A stretch of 64,000 nt of DNA from assembly GCA_965250195.1 (NCBI GenBank), contig OZ252295.1:1568856-1632855 (forward strand). Direction: 5' to 3'. The notes under the pieces were generated by a model. That model worked only from the letters and a program-made list of their open reading frames with translations, was not told where the DNA came from and made no database searches. Below, piece by piece: positions 60,379-64,000 of the stretch; position 1 is the stretch's first letter, and each line of letters opens with the position of its first letter. The position numbers and the translations under genes were made by a program. Source of the stretch: Dehalococcoidia bacterium (GTDB lineage: Bacteria > Chloroflexota > Dehalococcoidia > Lucifugimonadales > UBA2962).

Positions 60379-62301
60379 ATGACAGAAAGCTATGCAGGCT
60401 CGCACCAGACCTACGGGGTCCATTGCGACTCAAACGTCATGATCCCTTCCCGCGACGGCGTGGGGCTGGCCACCGACATCTATCTACCTTCCCTGGACGG
60501 AAAGGCCCAGCCCGGCACGTTCCCGACACTGCTGGAGCGCACCCCATACGACAAGGCGTCGGCGGACAACGTGGCCAAGGGTAAGTTCTTCGCCCGCCGG
60601 GGCTACGTCTGCGCCATTCAAGACGTGCGCGGCCGCTTCGCGTCGGAGGGCGAGTGGTACCCGTTCGCAAAAGAGGCGCCCGATGGCTATGACACAGTTG
60701 AATGGCTGGGAACGCAGCGGTGGTCCGATGGACAGGTCGGGACGATGGGGGACTCATATCCGGGCAGCGTGCAGTCGGCGCTGGCGACGCTGAACCCGTC
60801 GCACCTGAGTACCATGATCGTTGCGGTGGGCGCGTCCAGTTACTACCATTCGTCGATGCGCCAGAACGGGGCGCTGGAGCAACGCTTCCTCATCTACGCC
60901 TTCAGGATGGCGGTGGACAGCAAGGAGGCGGCCGCCGACCCGGCGCTGCGGGCCGAGCTGGAGCGCATGTGGCCGAGCGTGCTGGGCCGGGTCGAATCGT
61001 TTCCCACTTACGAGAGCCGGGACGCGTTGCCGCTGGCAAAGATTATCGAGGCCTTCCCGCTGAAAGAGGGCGCGACGGTCCTGCGGCGACTGCCGAACTA
61101 TGAACGCTGGGCCATCGACATTCTCACCCACGGGACGTACGGGGACTACTGGAGGCAACGGGGCTACGCACCGGGTGAGTACGTAGGCGAGCACGCCGAC
61201 GTTCCCACGCTGTACCTCGGCGGCTGGTACGATACATACCCGCGAAACACGATCAAGAACTTCCTCGATTTCACCAGCGCCAAACACTCTGACCAGAGGC
61301 TGTTGATGGGGCCCTGGACTCACGGGCAGTACGAGATAACGCACTCCGGGGATTCGGATTTCGGCACCGAGTCGCACATCGACTACAAGGACATGCGGCT
61401 GAGCTGGTTCGACCACTACCTAAAGGGCATGGACACCGACGCGGGCCGGTGGCCGCCGGTGCGGTACTTCCTCATGGGGACTGGAGATGGCACCGTCAGC
61501 CATTCGGGCCACCTGAGCAGGGGCGGGCAGTGGCGCGCCTCAAACGTGTGGCCGCCGGAGGGGACCGTTCCAACCGAGCACTTCCTGCACTCGGGCGGCG
61601 GCTTCTCTAAAGTGCGCCCGGACAAGGGCGTCGCGCCCAGTCGCTTCACCTTCGATCCGACCGACCCGGTGCCGACCATCGGCGGATCCATTTCGGCGGC
61701 GCACCCGTGGATGAACCCTGGGGCCTTCGATCAACGGGGCGGACCGAGGTTCATCGGCTCGGAGGACGGGGTGGCGCTGAACAACCGGCCCGACGTACTT
61801 ACGTTCCAAACGACCCCACTCGACAGCGACGTGGAGGCGACGGGGCCGATAATCGTGAAACTGTGGGCGTCGTCGTCGGCTGTGGATACCGATTTCACCG
61901 CCAAGCTCATCGACGTCTTCCCGCCGACCGACCAGTCTCCCGATGGGCTGTCGATCAACATCACCGACTCGATCATGCGAGCCCGGTTCCGTAATGGCTG
62001 GGAGACCGAAGAGATGATGGAGCCCGGCACGCCATATCTGTTTGAGTTCGAGCTTTTCCCCAGTTCGAACCTGTTCCGGGCGGGGCATCGCATCCGTGTC
62101 GATATTTCGTCCAGCAATTCACCTCGGTTCGACGTCAATCCGAACACCGGTGGGCCGCTGGGGCTGGACCGGTCTTACGTCACCGCGATGCAGTCGATCT
62201 ACCACGACGTCGATCGGCCGTCGTGCATCGTGCTGCCCCTTAAGCCGGACCGGGTGCCACCGTCTGAGCCCGGCTCTCAGAGGACGTTCTCGGGTATCTA
62301 G
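60379..62301 (+). CDS. CocE/NonD family hydrolase
   Basis: RDGV.LATD, RTPY, DVRGRFASEG, GDSY nucleophile and GPWTH motifs. Confidence 0.92.
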   Translation: MTESYAGSHQTYGVHCDSNVMIPSRDGVGLATDIYLPSLDGKAQPGTFPTLLERTPYDKASADNVAKGKFFARRGYVCAIQDVRGRFASEGEWYPFAKEAPDGYDTVEWLGTQRWSDGQVGTMGDSYPGSVQSALATLNPSHLSTMIVAVGASSYYHSSMRQNGALEQRFLIYAFRMAVDSKEAAADPALRAELERMWPSVLGRVESFPTYESRDALPLAKIIEAFPLKEGATVLRRLPNYERWAIDILTHGTYGDYWRQRGYAPGEYVGEHADVPTLYLGGWYDTYPRNTIKNFLDFTSAKHSDQRLLMGPWTHGQYEITHSGDSDFGTESHIDYKDMRLSWFDHYLKGMDTDAGRWPPVRYFLMGTGDGTVSHSGHLSRGGQWRASNVWPPEGTVPTEHFLHSGGGFSKVRPDKGVAPSRFTFDPTDPVPTIGGSISAAHPWMNPGAFDQRGGPRFIGSEDGVALNNRPDVLTFQTTPLDSDVEATGPIIVKLWASSSAVDTDFTAKLIDVFPPTDQSPDGLSINITDSIMRARFRNGWETEEMMEPGTPYLFEFELFPSSNLFRAGHRIRVDISSSNSPRFDVNPNTGGPLGLDRSYVTAMQSIYHDVDRPSCIVLPLKPDRVPPSEPGSQRTFSGI

Positions 62302-62633
62302 CGCGTCAGCATGTGGTCCAGGCCGACCCCGGTCGTGATATCGGGGCCGCGCATGTTGTGCTGGTCGAACAGGTCGTACCAGCCCAGTTCGTTCAGTCGG
62401 GCCTCGAACTCCATGGCCGTCGCCCGGTCGGGCATGCGCCAAAGGGCCAGGTACTCGTAACCGGCGCGCTTGTCTGTATCGGCGTCATTGAGGGCGAACC
62501 CGAGCGCCTCCGAGCCGGACTCCAGCAGGTCGGTGACGGCGCCGGTGACTTTTTCGAAAAAAGCCTCACGCTCCGGCCTGGACGACTTGAGCCAGGCCTC
62601 GCGGGCGCTCCAGAGTTCGAGATACAGGTACAT
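62298..62633 (-). CDS. Small dimeric alpha-beta barrel-like protein (DUF6616-like)
   Basis: MYLYLELW...AW.....ER...Y.YLALW.MP...GWY..F pattern; AGGAGG SD. Confidence 0.6.
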   Translation of the reverse strand: MYLYLELWSAREAWLKSSRPEREAFFEKVTGAVTDLLESGSEALGFALNDADTDKRAGYEYLALWRMPDRATAMEFEARLNELGWYDLFDQHNMRGPDITTGVGLDHMLTR

Positions 62634-62764
62634 TTGTTCCTCCTATCGGCGGCGGTTGCTGCAATGGACGCGGCGAGTCTACTCGCGTGTCGGCACCCCG
62701 GGCAACGTATGGGGCAACGCGTGGCCGATCGGTGCCTGTGTGGGGCCGACGACGGGGGTGCCGT

Positions 62765-62773
62765 TGCTATAAT
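62765..62773 (+). promoter_or_regulatory. Extended -10 box upstream of prfB
   Basis: Perfect TGCTATAAT about 105 nt before the prfB start. Confidence 0.6.
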
Positions 62774-62879
62774 CGAACTTGCGGCAGATTGGCGAACGCC
62801 GCAGGCAGGAAAAACCTAACCACCGGGGGCCCGTTCCGTTTACCAGACCGTCGGGGCCGGATAAAAGAGGCGTGAACAA

Positions 62880-63984
62880 TTGCAGGACATCGCTGGAAGG
62901 CTCAAGAAGACGAGAGAACGCATTTCCGAACTAATGGTGCGTCTTTGACCTCCCTTCAAAGCAGAAAAAAATAGACGCGCTGGAAAAAGAGGCCACCGCC
63001 CCCGACTTTTGGGACGACTCCACGTACGCCAAGAAGAAGATGCGACGCCTTGCCGACCTTAACAAGCAGGTCGAGGATTGGGGCGGCCTGCAACAGAGCG
63101 CGGGTAGCCTGGCGGAACTCATTGAGTTGGCGATTGAGGAGAGGGACGACTCCCTGCTCGAAGGCGCGGCGGGGGAGTTCGCCGAGATAGCCGGCACTTT
63201 GGAGCGGCTGGAACTCGATCTGACGCTCTCGGGTGAGTACGACGACCGCAACGCCTTCATTGCGCTGCACGCCGGTGCGGGTGGAATCGACTCACAGGAC
63301 TGGGCGGGGATGCTGACGAGGATGTACGGCAGATGGGCCGAGTCTTCGGGGATGAAGACGGAGTTGCTCGACTCATCGCCGGGCGACGAAGGCGGCTTCA
63401 AGCGAGCGACGTTGCAGGTTAACGGCCCCAACGCGTACGGGTACCTCAAGTCCGAACGCGGCGTGCACCGGCTGGTGAGGCTGTCGCCGTTCGATGCCGA
63501 CCACGCCCGCCATACCTCGTTCGCGCTGGTGGAGGTGATGCCGGAGGTGGAGGAGGGTGTGGACGTGGCAATCGACGACGACGACATAAAGATCGAGGCC
63601 TTTCGTGCGGGCGGGCACGGGGGCCAGAGCGTGCAGAAGAACTCGACTGCGGTGAGGATCACTCACCTGCCCACCGGCCTCAAGGTAGTGTGCCAGAACG
63701 AGCGCTCCCAGTACCAGAACCGAACCATTGCCATGAGGATTCTGCTCTCCCGGTTGGCCGAACTCGACCGGCAAAAACGGGCCGAGGAGCTGGCCGAGAT
63801 AAAGGGCGACCACGTGTCGGCCGAATGGGGCAACCAGATTAGGAGCTACGTTTTGCACCCGTATAAGAAGGTTAAGGATCACCGCACGGGTCACGAGACG
63901 TCCGACGCGGAAAAGGTGCTGGACGGCGACCTCGACGGGTTCATCCGGTCGTACCTGACTTCCACTGTGGGGGCCGCCGGTTAA
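62880..63984 (+). CDS. prfB: Peptide chain release factor 2 with programmed +1 frameshift
   Basis: TTG start gives MQDIAGRLKKTRERISELMVRL, then CTT-TGA-C at 62943-62949; the +1 frame carries SPF and GGQ motifs. Confidence 0.96.
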
Positions 63985-64000
63985 TGCTAGAACGAATCTA

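Noticed and set aside
62691..62860. Structured RNA or riboswitch upstream of prfB (CGGCACCCC/GGGGTGCCG and other stems)
   Set aside because: Stems of this size are expected by chance at this GC content, and no known family pattern was recognised
218..63894. Many long overlapping or antisense ORFs in the track (e.g. 4259-5023, 11345-12187, 43432-44448, 46556-48007, 58023-59102)
   Set aside because: They are shadows of well-supported genes caused by high-GC codon bias and carry no family motifs

Overview
A 64-kb, GC-rich, mostly core-chromosomal bacterial segment. Gene content suggests Chloroflexota (Dehalococcoidia/SAR202-like), but this is inference only and no marker search was run. It holds tRNA-Lys; a complete caa3-type cytochrome c oxidase operon (ctaA-ctaB-ctaCDEF-ctaG-small membrane protein-sco) with two Rex-like boxes; thrS and infC-rpmI-rplT (infC starts at ATA); rnc, glyA, hpf, tmk, pdxST with a divergent pdxR, gap, eno, recO, recR, ybaB, dnaX, ybeY, hflKC and a DUF1998 helicase. 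tRNA-Pro is followed by a lower-GC stretch with repeats and a disrupted protease gene, then several hydrolases, and prfB with its +1 frameshift. The most notable signal, missed by the ORF track, is two probable selenoproteins: an Rdx/SelW-like CxxU protein and a DsbA-fold protein resembling mycoredoxin-2 (Rv2466c) with UGA at the catalytic Cys position. Each UGA is followed by a hairpin whose loop starts 22 nt downstream. Both lie within about 15 kb of mshA-like and mshD-like genes and a mycoredoxin-1-like/thioredoxin-reductase fusion, which together suggest a selenium-using, mycothiol-like redox network outside Actinobacteria. Family calls come from motif recognition by eye and from memory, not from database searches.
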